NCBI RefSeq assembly: GCF_026571515.1
Contig: NW_026861391.1
Location: forward strand, 434,001 to 498,000
Source of the DNA: Ruditapes philippinarum
Taxonomy: Eukaryota
Length of the DNA stretch: 64,000 nucleotides
Direction: 5' to 3'
The translations under genes were made by a program, and so were the position numbers. Below are positions 1 through 14,265 of the stretch, piece by piece. Numbering within the stretch: the first letter of the stretch is position 1; each line of letters opens with the position of its first letter. The notes under the pieces were generated by a model. It was not told where the DNA came from and searched no databases. It saw only the letters and a list, made by a program, of their open reading frames with translations.

Positions 1-372
1 ATATTTGGCCAAGTTACGTCAACAATACTCACAGTATACTGTCACAAATACTGTCACAGTTTACAGGACAGCAGTGGGGCACCACCTAGAAAATTCAAAT
101 AAGCGAAAGTGTCAAATCTTTAAGTGCAATGTTCGTCTCCTATTAGGTTATCTGTCTTAAATCAAAATGTGAAACTAATATCAAACTAATAATTCACACA
201 CCATTGACTAGGGTGGGGCTGAAATGAAAACGATGTAACATTTTGATTCGTTTTTACTTTTGGGACAAGATCAACGTAATGATAATGTTTAGCACTCATC
301 GTAAGTGGTGGAATGCGCTGAAGCATTTAGAGAAATGATTATTATTTTTGAGTATAGCTTACAATAAAGCAC

Positions 373-444
373 TGACGTCTGTGTCGGGAATTCTGGACAT
401 TTGTACAGAAGTGAGGACGTCCGGTTCCTAGGTGAGTATATATA
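373..444 (+). promoter_or_regulatory. IL17-1 proximal promoter: CRE-like TGACGTCT (373-380), kappaB-like GGGAATTCT (386-394), TATA (437-444)
   Basis: Motifs read directly 80-150 bp upstream of ATG 524. The CRE and kappaB matches are imperfect. Confidence 0.5.
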
Positions 445-523
445 CACACATCATGGTGTCATTGTATGTCCAGATTAATTAAGATAATTTCTAGATAGAA
501 ACTGTCACTGAGTACCAAAGAAA

Positions 524-1227
524 ATGTTTTTGATAAAGGTAAATATCTTTTCTTAATATCTAACTTTATTATGCATTAATGTAATTAAGATATTTCTCGG
601 TTTATGATTGTATTTGTTAATATTTTTAAATAGTTTATGTTTCTTTTTTTATTTCAGTGGTCTTTGATTATCATTGCGTTTGGAATGTCTCAAGAAACAG
701 CTATATTTGCATGTAGAGAGCCTGATAATCTACACCTTGAGGTTGCCAATGCCCTTCTCGGCCTTTATACAGACGATGGATTTAGAAACTTTTCACTTAA
801 TACAATACCATGCTTGAAATCAAATGACATTATTAGGAATATCCCCGAACACTATGACAACAGGGAACAAAGCCATATACCTACCGGCACATGTGTTATT
901 CCTGAAAATGGAGGAAATGTCATAACTGACAGTGAGCGTAATCATGGGGAAATGTGTCCCTGGAATTATGTTATAGATTTTGACGAGAATAGATACCCTA
1001 AAAGACTGGCAAAAGCCGTGTGTCAGTGCGAGCATTGTCATAGGGGATCGTGTCGCCCTATACATTCATATATTCCAATTTTAAGGAAAGAGTGTGATTT
1101 GTATTCTGGTCAATATGTGTTTAACAAGTATATAGAAGAAGTGCCTGTTGGTTGTCGATGTATTCGTGCAAGGAGGGCAGTTCAAGGAAACGTGTTCAGA
1201 CATCGTTTATTCAGAATGATGGAGTAA
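524..1227 (+). CDS. IL17: Interleukin-17 family cytokine 1 (2 exons: 524-538, 658-1227; about 194 aa)
   Basis: Exon 1 ATG TTT TTG ATA AAG|gtaaat (MFLIK) splices in phase 0 to tttcag|TGG, giving the signal-like MFLIKWSLIIIAFG. The C-terminal half has IL-17 cystine-knot motifs CPWNY..D.NRYP..L.KAVCQCEHC...C...VPVGCRC. TATATATA at 437-444. Confidence 0.93.
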
Positions 1228-1384
1228 ATAAAAGAACTTAAAATTAGGAATACAATTTACGAATTCGAGATTACACATTTATAGATTCTAGTCAATCATG
1301 CCATGATGTATGTATGTTTTGATTTTACTGATAAGTTTCTCGCATTAATTATAATACATGTATACACTTATACTGTCTAGAATT

Positions 1385-1413
1385 ATTTAATTTTAATTTA
1401 TTTATTGAATAAA
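1385..1413 (+). promoter_or_regulatory. AU-rich elements (ATTTA, ATTTATTTA) and AATAAA poly(A) signal in the IL17-1 3' UTR
   Basis: ATTTA 1385-1389, ATTTATTTA 1396-1404, AATAAA 1408-1413. Typical of cytokine mRNAs, but the background is AT-rich. Confidence 0.45.
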
Positions 1414-4325
1414 ATTATACATATACGATATGGTTATATCTATATTACAGTTGTTAGATTCATGAACTAAAACAGTCAAAAACATAAATGCTCGTAATTT
1501 TTATACTACGTTGTTCTAAAGTATTCGAACAATGTTAATCTACAAACACGTATTTATTTTCTCATAACTTGTTTATAAGACGGTTAAAAGACACTAGAAT
1601 AAATTAAGTTGTCAAACGCGTCAATATTAAAAATGATTGGATGTATTTAATCTGGTCATAGTCAGAAATGGTCAATCCTGGCCACCACAAATCAATATGT
1701 ATCTTAACACCACCAATTTAGAAAGCCCACATATCCTTTAAATCTGACTTTACTGCTCACTGTTATTATTTCTAGTTGAAAATAACAATGTACAGTTCAC
1801 ACTTCTAGGCGCCATTATAATAACAAGGAATTATATATTATGTATCACTTAATTTGGCTTTTGTTTTCTTCAAATTAACATCTAATATATAGCACGCTTT
1901 AATTTGTTACTGTTAACAAGATTCTCTAAAATAAGACCAAATTGAATGAAAATTTATTTTTAAATAAGCTTATACCACTGGCTCAGAAGGCTTGAACTAC
2001 CAGTGTATCATATTTATCAATAAGTGGCTGTTTAGGTCCTTGATTAAGCTTGTAACACGATGCCAACGAAAGTAATGTGGGACCGGTTCGCTTGCCATCG
2101 GTAGAACCCTGGTAGGCTTGCACATTCATATAGTATGTCCAGGCTTTATACTTTTGGTAGACATATTTTGTATTTTGATATTGAAATCCTTTAAATTTCG
2201 CATGAAACGGTTTAAAGTTAAAAGATGGACAAATCCATTATACAGAGCAGACTAGCAGGTCATGGTCAGGCATCCGGCATTGATCGACGCCATGTCTCTT
2301 GTTGAATATATAAAACAAATTATTTCGAACTGGGGTCTTTCTTGGTGTATGGGGTTGTCTATTTGTTTTAATAAAGTAATAGTTTAAATAGAGACAATAA
2401 GAATCCCTAAAGAAAGCCCAACACGGCAAAATTGAAAATGTTCCGGACTACATCCACGCCCCCTAGCACCGGCTGAAGCAGAATTCAACATTTATCACAT
2501 ACTGGTACAATTTGGACTTTTGAAACATCCGCAGATGTGTTCATATGGCGGTTATCCTGGAACCTTCAATGTGACACGTAAGTGCCATTCCATGAAAAGC
2601 GGCATGTGGTCCCCAAGTAAAAAAATGCGTGTGCCCTAAACGAGAAAACAATGGGCGGAACTACATGTAAATAAAATGGAATTGCGAAAGGGGATCAGAG
2701 GATATGAAGCCTGCATATCACAGATAAGACGTCAAAAGACAAATTTAAAAAGCAGGCCACATATCCTAAGGGTGATTCAACAGTATAAAGTTTGGTGCAT
2801 GCTTCTTATAACTGGTTTATTATCGTGATTGTTGTTTACTTATCTTTGACCAGGTTATTAGTAATATGTTTCATAAATATGATAAGTACCATCATTCGAG
2901 TAAATAAAGAGATGTTATATAACAATAATACAATCAATGAAATTATCTGCTGAATAATAACTACAAATGCAATATGTTAGGTCCTTGGTTGAGGCATTGC
3001 GGTTCACAAACACGGTACAATTGAAAACGTTAAGATAAAGCATGTTATTGGACGGATGACCGTGCTTTATTTAAATTACCATTAATATTGTCCCTACTTT
3101 GTCATTGACCTAGACAACATTGTTAGTGGAGTATACGTGATACAATTTCGATGAAACAAAGATTCACAAATCTGTCTAAAGGTATCTACACAAACAGCCG
3201 ACACTTTATTTGAGATATGTAAATCAGTGTGAATTAAAAGTAATATAATAGTGTACGACTGTATTAAGCGAAGTGTCAAGTATTTTGGATAACATCTATA
3301 TATTGACATCTCCTTTACAAAGTGAGAGCAATATTTGTATGTTTTTTTATCAAAGTTATCAATAATGTAGATAAACTATGAACTTGTCAATGAACGCATA
3401 ACTATTATCATGTGGGCGTCGGTGGATAAACGCTATTAAATTACTACAGTTTGGTTTTGTAAAGATTTTAAAGATTAGGTATGATTTATATACCGTTCTT
3501 GAAGCTACTTTTCAATGCACTCATCCGTCAAGCTTGTGTACAAATGTGAATATATAATATCACAAATAACATTTCCTGTTGTGATAAATCATTCTAGTTT
3601 TAGAAAGCAAACTATTAAAATAATATTGTAAATTCACTTGTATTTGTACTACAACAGACATTTTTCGTTGAATTAATAAAAACATAGACAATTTCTTCTG
3701 TTGAGTATTTATTTTGGACTAGCAAAAATGAAAACAAGTTTTTATCCTGTTTAAACAATACGTCCTTCACTAACGACATCAATTTATTGCGAACTATAAT
3801 TTGTAATACATGTATACATCTATTTCTTGCAATAACTGTACATTTATGATTAAGTTGCTTTGTATTTTGAACATACATTGTAATTTTCGTGAATCAAGTC
3901 ATAAATGAAGTAAATGTTATCAATTGTTCTCCTTTCAAGTGACTGAATAATTGATATTTCGATAATTGAGTATATTCACTTTTTTGCTAAAACAATAATG
4001 TATTTATGAACACTAGACCTAAAATTACATAAAAATATGAGAACATGAATCAAAAATATCAATAAAGATATTGCAATAGATACTGGAGACAAAATGCGAC
4101 TGACTAGAACATTGTGTAAAATATCTTACATATTTCATATGATGACTTAATTTAGAAAAAAAATATAACATAACACTTTTATAACATAACAATTTTATAG
4201 CATGCTTTAGTAAAATATTATATCCTAAATAATGTTCTATTAAATTAACAGTCCAGCCAACTTTTTTCCATTTTCGTTGTTGTAAAATGTTTCTGTAAAC
4301 ATTTGTTTAATTTAAAATAATACTC

Positions 4326-5640
4326 TTAAATGATACTTGGCCGTTTACATGTGCATCCAACCGGAACGGTTTCAATGTCGATGAAATATTGAAAGTATTT
4401 CGGAATTGGACTAGGACCGTTACTTTGACAACTCCATTTGACGACTGGAATGAATGAATTAACACTTGTGCATCTATCACGTGTTTTGCCAGTCCGATCT
4501 GTAGTAAAACAACGGTTACAGGAGCATTTTGCTTTAGCAATTGTTTGTGGTACTCGTTGAGCATTAAAGTCCATCACAGTATACCATGGACATGTCGATT
4601 GTACCTCAATATCTGAATCAGATGTAACCTTTATGTTTTCTTTACAGCTTCTCTTTCCGTGAATTTGACTTTGTCTGGTTGTCGCATCAAGAAGGTTTCT
4701 TGGAAAATTATGTCTTGTTATTTTACGGTATTCGTCTATTACATTGTATGTCCAGTCACCAAGAATGTAGTTACGAAACACTTGGTTTTTGAGCCGATTG
4801 ATCTGTTGATTTGCGTCAGATGGATGTACGCATTGGCTCGTTGATTGAATAAAGTGTTCGCACATCAAGACCAGTGTTAATATCTGAAAGAAAAGAAAGC
4901 CATAAATATTTTAAAGTAAATATAAGCAGTTGTACAGTAACTGTTATTTTCTCGTTTGACTTTTGGTATCTATATGACCAAATGATATCTCGTTGCAATA
5001 CTATGTCATTTCATTTGTATTCGTATATTTGTATACTTATGTTTTTTTAGTTAAAAATGTATGATAAAAATCATTTACAGAAAATTCAGAACGTAGATTA
5101 AGTATCAAAATTGACGTATGCTTCTATGATATAATTTGTTTATTCTATGCCACTTATGAGCCAGTAACTTGTTTTGAATAAATATATATTTTTTTCTGTA
5201 TGTCAGCAAATGTTTAATGTGTTTCGTATCAATGCAGGTTTAAAGTTTTACGTTTTGTCAGTCTTATGCAAATGAGAACTTTACGGGAATGAGAGTAGTC
5301 TGTGTGATTTAAACAGAAAAACTGTTCTTTATATACTTTCAACAATACTTATAAAAGAGTTTTGCTGTAATTTTAGTTATTCCTTGCATTATATCTCATT
5401 GTGTTATATTCTGGTTGGTATAAAATCTCACAGACACTGGAAAGGTACTGTGACCTTTTAGCTTTATTGATGATGGAAGACCACAATAGTCCTTCCGTGC
5501 ACTCCGTTAGGCAGAGAAAGACATTTGCAACATATTCTACCAAATGTGCACATAATTATTCATCAAGAAAGAAAAAAATAAGAAAAGAAAAAATCCCAAA
5601 TACTCTCAAAGGTACTTACAGTCGGCGAAAATATTTTCAT
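4326..5640 (-). CDS. IL17: Interleukin-17 family cytokine 2 (2 exons: 5640-5620, 4883-4326; about 192 aa)
   Basis: Exon 1 ATG AAA ATA TTT TCG CCG ACT|gtaagt (MKIFSPT), phase 0, joins tttcag|ATA TTA ACA (ILTLVLMC..). Motifs STCPWY..DF..QRVP..I.KAKCSCNRC...C...VPVGCTC. TATATAAAA at 5737-5729 on the minus strand. Confidence 0.92.
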
Positions 5641-6687
5641 ATTTTTTATTTAGGTTGTATAAAATATTTTTGACGATAAGTTAATCTGTAAAGTTAACAC
5701 TTTAATGTATTCCCTAGAATAAAACATGTTTTATATAGGATTAAAGGAGAATAACATACAGGTGTTTCCTAACTCAACAGGAAAAGATTTATCAACAAAT
5801 CCTGAACATTAGTAAATGTTTGTTCATTAATTCGTCGGCGAACTTTTACAGTTATAATTTATTTCCTCTACATATTTAACGTAATTTACTTGATTTGAAT
5901 GTATTTAATGATTTAACCTATCCAAATATTCACTAATTTTGCCATGCCAATTACAATATAACCTTGAAGTCAAACTGTATTAACGCAAAGGCGTTGTGAA
6001 CTGTAATTGTAGTAATAAAGGGTAAGGAAATTGTACTCCTGTTGCAATAATTCCTTTTCTTGTATTCATATGTAATATATAAATTAAATTTTGTTGAAAT
6101 TTAACATCCGATGGGAATTGTTCAAAAATTCCCTTTTTGTCAATTTCACTACAAAATATGGCACAGATGTTGTAAGAATATCCAATAAATAAGCCAGCAA
6201 CAAAAGGCACACAAAGAATAATTGATATTAATCCAAAATAGATAAGATACGTTCTTACAGATTTAAAATAAACTAATCACATCGGCATAATAGTATTTAC
6301 ATATTCAAAGGTAAAAGCTATATATCAATATTGCAAAATTGTATTACGTATAGAAATGTGTAGCTGTCATCATCGCGTTTATATGAATAGAAAAAAAAAA
6401 CAATCAAGACAGAACGACGTTGCCAGATCGAAACTCCCGATAAAACCAAGTCACATATGACCACCGAAAAGGCATCCAGTGGTGCATACTTTAGGACAAA
6501 GTACAGAATTTAAGTACAACAGACGTTAAATCAAATGATATATTTGAACAAAATTATAAGACGTAACACAATGCACTTACAAGTACTAGTTTTACTTTTC
6601 CTAATTTGCTTTCAATGATGATAAGATATGGACTTGTGTAAAAAAACAAAAACACCCCTCTCCTTAAAATAAGAGTAAACAAGTAGT

Positions 6688-6908
6688 TTTTGTTTGTTTG
6701 TTTGTTTGTTTGTTTGTTTGTTTCATTTTACGCCTTTTCCCAACAGTATTTCAGTCATATAGGCGGGTAGTTTCCTAACCATCGTTCACCAGTACTAGAC
6801 TACCTTCCTCCATGCTAAACTACCAAAGCATATCCCGGGGATCGAACCCAAGCCAGAGAGGTAACTGGATTAGAAGTCATCCACTCTAACCCCTCGATCA
6901 CGGAGGCG
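6688..6908 (-). mobile_element. tRNA-derived SINE with (AAAC)n tail, full length
   Basis: B-box-like GGTTCGATCC, (TTTG)n tail on the + strand, 13-bp target-site duplication GTAAACAAGTAGT (6675-6687 and 6909-6921). A second copy lies at 34289-34501. Confidence 0.88.
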
Positions 6909-9770
6909 GTAAACAAGTAGTAAATTCCCATTTAAAACACACAGTCTATGTTGCAGTTTTAGCTGATAAATGAAATAGTTGAAAGAGCAAGGTTGCTATG
7001 TACTCTTAGGAGGAAATCCAAGCTTGAAATTATATTTGTCTCTTTTCATGGATAAGGGTTACTTCATCAATTTAATTGAGTTTGCCAGAAATTAATATAT
7101 CTAAATATATGCATTTAAACAATAAAATATAAAGGGATCTCTGCTGAGTTTTTTTTATATGACGGAACAAGAAATAAGTTTTCATATTCATGACACGAAA
7201 ATGAAAAGCAATAGATAGTTCAAGCTCATTTCATGCCAATAATCGGTCAAAATATAGTTTTAACAATAAAATAATCGATACATATTTTTGCTATCATTTG
7301 AATATATGTCGGTTAAGCTTCATGTTTTACCTTTGAAATATTTTAATTTGCCACGTTTTAGGCTTTTGGACCCCAGCGAAGCTCCCTGAAGCTGTATGTC
7401 TCCAGATAAGCCAAATATTTCAAGAAAACCAAACTTGTACTAAGATTTTAAGATAAGTAAAAAAAACACTCAAGATTCAAGTTATAATTTACATGATATG
7501 TGATGTATTTGACTGATATTGCAATATTAATCACCATATCTCTAACGCAGTAAGGGCTATTTTGCTTGGTAATTTACGTAGATTGTAAGCGCCGTTTGCA
7601 ATACAAAGATTGCCTTCTTTCTTCACTTTACAATGTTTTACTTTAAGATACATTTTAATTTTTTTATATAAAAATAAAATGGACATGGAGGAATGTTTAT
7701 ATTTCCATGATCTTATCAAATGTTGATATTGTTACTGTCGCCATCATATTTAAGGCGATGAACATGTTTTTGCTCATATCCTGAATAAATAAATTGAATT
7801 GAATTATTTGTAGATGATTCATAGGTTAGTTTAGGAAAATGTAATTGTTAGCATATTTCCGTTGGTAAATATAAGAGAAATCTCCCGTTAACAATAACTT
7901 AATGTTTTGTTTGTGACAACGCAACTATCCTTTCAGCGTTGAAATAATGGTATGCAGAAACTGTGTTTAAACAGTAATTATTTTTTCTTAACCACAAATT
8001 ATGTTTTTTGGGGGTATTTTTATTATAATTTGACGAATGTAAATGGAAAGGCACATTGTTTATAAAGTTTGTAAAATGTTTTAATGAAAATTAAATATAT
8101 AACGTTGGACATATTTGATTTGGCATGCCTTAAATAAAAAAAAATTCTATAGGTTTTTTCCCCTCACCCAGTGGTTAAACTTGCTGAACGCCCATAAGAC
8201 ATATATTTTATTTATATTAGAATATCTGTTTGATTACATACGGAAAAGGTGTTTAATACTAAATCATTAACTTCCTGTTACGTTGAAACGTTATACAAAT
8301 ATTTACATTCATGCAGGAATAGGTAAATTTACTTTTAATTCGTATATAAACTGATCATTGCATATATAGTAACTATTTTACATCTGACGTAAATAAGTTA
8401 ATATTTAAACCCCCTACGCTTTTTATTCTTTTTTACGAGAACAGACTCTTACTTCTTTCGTCGGAAAAAGTATTTAAAGTTTAAAAGACATTCTAATATT
8501 ATCAGGTTTAAAATAAAGCTTTCATGCAACTTTAATAAATAGTTAATGATAATTCAATATTTGTTAGAGCTGATAATAATGTTCTCAAAAAATGTAAGAC
8601 AACGAATGTCATTTGTACTTAAAATGTTTTATTTACTATGTATCATAAGAATGGTTGTATTATGTGATAAATTCTATTATACAATACTGTTGTTAAGTTT
8701 ATCAAAGTAAAGAAAGTTAATCAAATCTACGTCACAATAGTTTACAGAGGTCCCCGTTCCATAATCACAAGCATTTATGTTACAAATACACAATTCACAT
8801 GATGATGTTTGAGAAGTCAAAGACAGTGTGCTTGTAAAAGCTTCATATCAAAGTTAGAATAAACTCTACATTGCAGAATTAAGGAAGAATTTAACAGAGT
8901 ACATGTAAACACATTAAATGCAGTGTGATGTAAAATAAGAAGTTTTTTGTCAGAAATCCAACATGGTCATAAGGCAACATTTCTTTATAAAAATATTTTA
9001 AAATGCATATTACCTAGTCGCTAAAACGTTTTTAATGGCACTAACGGTAAATACAGTAAGTGGGTTAAGGATAGGTTTATTTTGAAATATACGTTTATTG
9101 TTGGATGGTAAGGGGGTTATTGGGAAAAAAATTATAAGTAAACACTATATAGTCTGATATTATAGATCTGTCAATTATGAATACAATATAGCACTAATTT
9201 AAATATTCAATTCCATTTCGGGTCTGTCCGTATAGATTACAAGAATTAATATGGAGTAAATGACTAATGACACATTATCTGAATGTTTAGGATCTGGTCA
9301 TATCCTCAATAACACAGTCGGTTGAGTGATTAACTAATATATTAGAGGTCTATGGTTCTGCCATACTTTTGCCATTTTTTCTTGACCCATTCTTTCTTTG
9401 TTTTTGAAGTATGTTTTAATGGAAAATGCTTGCAAAATAAATGGTCTTCACGGATATGGAACAACTTAAAACCCTGAATTGTCTGTTTTGTATTGCATTT
9501 TATGGCATTGAAATGACATTTATTGATTATAATTTTAATTCTTAAACCATGCTATCAAAAAGTGTATGGCCCTTGCAAAAATAAGTGCTAAATATGTTTT
9601 ATATTAAAAAAAGAGAACAACCAAAAAAAAATCATACTTCAATAATGTTGAAAAGATAAATAAGGAAAAAAAACGTAGACATACACGGTCTCGATCTTTC
9701 AACACGTGGGACATTTAGAAGTTATAAACGTTGACCTATTGCGATATAACAGTCAGTATAATTATTTCAT

Positions 9771-10104
9771 TTTATTACCCCTCACTTTTTGTTTAATGTT
9801 CATTTCCCATGGGCCACTGAGAGTTATTTATACTGTTAATGCAAGTGTACCATGTGACTTAGAAATTTATACTGTTACAGGGTAACAGTATTTTAACAGT
9901 TTAAAATCTGGTCACATGGTCTATTTTCTAAAGAAAATGAAATAAAATCATCACAGTAATTGCTCGGGGTAATAAAATAAATAACACATGGGTTTTTGAG
10001 TAACAGTAAAAATATCATCCCTCGTAAAAATATGGTTACCCTCGGCGTAACAGTATTTTCCTCGGGATAATATTTTTACTGTTACCCACAAACCCATGTG
10101 TTAT
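9771..10104. mobile_element. Palindromic hairpin MITE-like repeat
   Basis: ATAACACATGGGTTT..GTAACAGTAAAAATAT..TCCC (from 9981) pairs with its reverse complement ending at 10104. There is an additional TTTATTACCCC / GGGGTAATAAA inverted pair (9771, 9966). Confidence 0.55.
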
Positions 10105-10173
10105 GTATAAACTAACAAATTGAATTTAATCAAATCCAACTGCGTACATCTCACGAAGTTTACCGATCATTTA

Positions 10174-12814
10174 CACGGTGCATATCCATATCGGTACCCT
10201 CTTTGCGAAATCTGCTCAAACGGTACCCTCTTTGCACATGCACAGGTCATTCTCTGCTAAAACCAAACCAGCGATAGATAACAATCCAGTAAAATTTCAT
10301 TGTAATAAGGAAAGGAGGTATGACACGTGGAAAAGATGTATACCACGGAACACAAGAATGTTTTATTCATGTGCTGATTTGTCATGTACCCGTTTTTCAA
10401 GTACTGCAACTTTACAATAAGCTACAGAAAATCGACATGTCCTGACTCGCCCATCACCTCGACATATTTTTCGGGCTGAAATGAACCTGTGGGTTGATTA
10501 TATATGCAACATACATATTTCATATGTTCATTTACATATCATTTTCGGACACATGATTCATAAAAGCACCCTACTTTCGGTTTTGCAGCTCTCTGTTTTT
10601 GAATTTTTTATATCACAGGTACCCTCTCATTTTTTAACACATGTACCATCAAAGCACGACACACGCTTTTATTTGCGTTAATCGTTAAGTATGTAATATT
10701 TCGTTTAAAATATACTATACTGTAATGATACGGAGTTCTGTTATTCACAAAATTTTAATGTAAATAAAAGAACACAGCTTTTACTTAAACTTATGATGCT
10801 TAATCTTAGAACTGGTCAGTGGCAGGAATCGCCTGTCTTAAATAAGAAATGCCTATTCAAGCATTCATAGAATTATACTGCATGTAAAAGTCAAGGTAAA
10901 CGAATCAGATTAAACTGAAATATCATTAATTTACAGAGTATGCAGCTTGAACCAATTTGTACCATGTTATAACATTTAACTAACTAGTTAGTGTTCATGT
11001 TTAATGGCACAAAATACAAAAGTTCATATAGAGACTAGTCTTGCAGCTTTTGGGTGAGTGGAAGAAAATAATATGCCCCTCTTTCAGTATTTCAGAAAAA
11101 TCAACAGACAATTGCCAGCTTGCTGTGTAGCTTACTAACATAAAAGAATTCGATCCACTCAGGATTCGAACCAATGTGAGCTTCTTTCAATCAAAATGCA
11201 GCAATATAAATACATACCACGATGACCCACATAAATCACCGTAGTTATAGGAAATATTTTATACTTTTCAGATATACGTGATCGTGTGATGTATACTTAG
11301 TATGTTATAGAACGGTAATTTTGGTGTCCTGTTTAAAAAGGTTACTCATTGGCCTATAACCTAATCAAAATTCTGCTTCAGTCTGTTGCTTTTGTCAATC
11401 AGTAAAGTTAAACATTGTAGTAATTTAGTATTTTGTATGGAAGTAAAAACATTACAGTGTTACATGTTGCTCCTATTATGACAAATAACTTAACATTTAG
11501 CATTATTTTCCGTCACCTCGGACATAAGAAAAAAATTAGATTCGTACTGTGCTGCTTTTTAAGTTTCATCAATATATACTTCCGCTCGTGATAGATTTTA
11601 TATAATGTATTTGCACTTGTTTATTTATTCATTTGTTTATTATTTATTCATTTGTTTATTTATTCATTTATCTTCTGTATTCATTTATTCATTGACGTAT
11701 ATTTGCGGTCGAATTCCGACTACCTGTATTATAAAGTCTTGTACCATCTTTCGCGTTTCTTGCTTCTTTACGTCCTGTTCTAGGACGGGTACCCGGTATA
11801 AAAAAAACATTGAATCGAAAGAGACTTATTATCCATTCAAACTCCCGTGACTCAAAAACATGAATATGCATAATTGTATTGATGACTTGCAGAACCGAAC
11901 ATAAGACTATTCAAGAGGATAATTTCATCAAGTAGAGTTTACTAATTTGTTCACACATATACTATATTTATTTCTATAAGTTAAAACTGCTCAAATCAGG
12001 TTGGTACGTTTATTATAGTGGCAAATTGTTAATGCATATATTTTTTTTTCCATTTTACCTCATTAAGTCATTTTGTAAGTTTCTTTGTTTTTTAGGTTAA
12101 GCGATTCTTTCTTCAGTTAAAATACATGAATAATATCGCTTATCATATTAATAAATATCTCAGAATTTCTAAAACCCACATTTACTTACTATGTTACCAT
12201 TAAGCCAACAAGATAGACCTTCAGGGGAGGACCCTAGATAATGTTGGTATAACTTTTGGTCCAACCCTTTTATATGTACATTATATTCATGCTTAATATA
12301 TTGATGTTAGATTGTGTAAATTAATCATGTACAAAATATGCAATAAAATATTATTAAACTAAATAGCAAAGAGGCGACCCGTTTCGCTGCAAAACCAAAA
12401 GTATGATGTTTTTTTTAATTTTACATTTATTTTTTAATAATAACTGTTATTTTCTTGAAGATTATGTATAAATGAACATATGTAGTATGTATGATGCATA
12501 TAAAATAAAGCCTCTGGTTCATTTCAGTCCGAAAATAATGTCGAGGTGATGGGCGAGGCAGGACATGTCCATTTTATGTAGCTTATTTTGAGGTTGCAAT
12601 AATTGAAAATGGCACACTACAATAAACGCTCAAAGATAATACATTCTAGTGTTCCGTGGTATACATATTTTCCACATGACATACCTCCTTGTGTCAGTTG
12701 AAGGAACATTAGCTGGAATGTTATCCATCGCTGGTTTGTTTTTAGCACATGAGCAGAGAGGGTACCATTTGAGTAGATTTCGCAAAGAGGGTACCGATAT
12801 GGATATGTACTGTG
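10174..12814. repeat. About 320-bp inverted repeat pair (10174-10497 and 12512-12814), probably long TIRs or two inverted copies of a DNA element
   Basis: CATATCCATATCGGTACCCTCTTTGCGAAATCT...CCACGGAACAC...GCCCATCACCTCGACAT...CTGAAATGAACC occurs on + at 10181-10497 and as its reverse complement at 12512-12807. No clear TSD. Confidence 0.8.
11617..11692. repeat. Degenerate (ATTT/ATTC)n microsatellite
   Basis: TTTATTTATTCATTTGTTTATT.. tract. Confidence 0.6.
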
Positions 12815-13210
12815 ATTTATTGAAGATTAATACATTGTGTGCATTGACCGTGTAATCAATATGCAATTGACAGGTCAATAAAATCAAACAATATCTTTAG
12901 TGAAAATAGAATATAAATAAACATTAGTAATTTATTTAAAGAAACTATTGTACAATCTTTATTTTATGACAATAGCTATAAATTAATGGCAAAACATGTA
13001 TATAATGTGTGTGTTTAAGTATAAAGACGATATTTTTATGGTAATGCCCGTTCCTGGCAAATTCTTTGACATTCTCTTTTGAGCCATATATTTTAACTTT
13101 TAGTCTTCAATTTTCATATTATATTGTTGATTTCTGTACTTCCGAGGAATCACCCCATTTCCATTTTTTCTGTTCATATTTCTGCAGTTGTAAATAGTAT
13201 GTATGTGATA

Positions 13211-14173
13211 TCAACCTATTTTAAATGGTCTTTGACAAGTACATCCTACCGGAACGGCTTCATAGTCAAGATAATACTGAAAGTAATACGGTTTATTTCC
13301 GGTATAATTGTTTGGACACCTCCATTTAATTACGGGAATAAAGGAATTTATTTCTCTACACATATCACGAGATTTACCTCCCCTGTCTACAGTAAAACAA
13401 CGTTTACACGAACATTTTGCTTTTGAAATAACTTGTGGTTCTCTCTGAGAATCAAAATCTATAACATAATACCATGGACATGTTGACAGTGTTTGAATAT
13501 CAGAATCAGGTGTAATTATCCTATTTTTCCTACAGCTTTTCTCTCCGGAATAATCCCTTTGCCGTACTAGGACGTCAATAAGATTACTCGGTCTTTCAGG
13601 TCTAGTATTTTTCCGGTATTCGTCCATTATTTTTAAAGTCCAGCCATTACTTATATATTCATGAAAAGCGTCTCTTTTCAGTTGTTGCTTTTGCTGTTCA
13701 GCATTTGGATGATGTATACATTGAGCAGTTGTTTGCTGTACAATCATCATTTGTGCGCTTAATATCTGAAATAAAAACTAAATATTGTAACATAATTCTT
13801 ATTAGTGATACCTTAAAACTTAAAAAAGGGTATAGATAATAGAGAGCAACGGTCAAAGGCCTCAGCTCCAAACAACGCCAAAGTACACATGACAACTGAA
13901 AAGGCACCAAGTGGGGCATTAGGCAGAAACGGGACACAAAAATACATAATTTTATCATACATGTTCCAGAGTAACTGAACTTATTTAACCAAAGATATGT
14001 TGATCTATTAAAAAAATAGAATAACAACAAAAAAGCAACAAATATACAATCAAAATCAACTAGTCAACTAAGTTTGAGTTATGTTTTTATATAATATGTC
14101 ATCTAAGCAAATTACAAACAAAATGATATCAGAAATTGCACTGACTACTTACTATAATAATGTAACATTTCAT
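13211..14173 (-). CDS. IL17: Interleukin-17 family cytokine 3 (2 exons: 14173-14153, 13765-13211; about 191 aa); close paralogue of IL17-2
   Basis: Exon 1 ATG AAA TGT TAC ATT ATT ATA|gtaagt (MKCYIII), phase 0, joins tttcag|ATA TTA AGC. Motifs STCPWYY.DFD..REP..I.KAKCSCKRC...INSFIPV.KW.C...VPVGCTC are shared with IL17-2. Confidence 0.93.
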
Positions 14174-14231
14174 GTTGGCTGGTTCGAATTCCTGACTTAC
14201 ATAAAATAATGAACATGAGAGAAGTCTTGCA

Positions 14232-14265
14232 TTATATAAGATATTTGTAAGTTTTGGATTTCCCC
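14232..14265 (-). promoter_or_regulatory. IL17-3 promoter: kappaB-like GGGGAAATCC (14265-14256) directly upstream of TATA box (14239-14232)
   Basis: Motifs read directly on the minus strand 60-90 bp upstream of ATG 14173. Confidence 0.65.

Noticed and set aside
637-657. ORF-track N-terminal starts of IL-17 ORFs (637, 4868, 13750, 41928)
   Set aside because: 637 and 41928 lie in intron 3' ends; 4868 and 13750 lie inside exon 2. Upstream micro-exons give better signal peptides.
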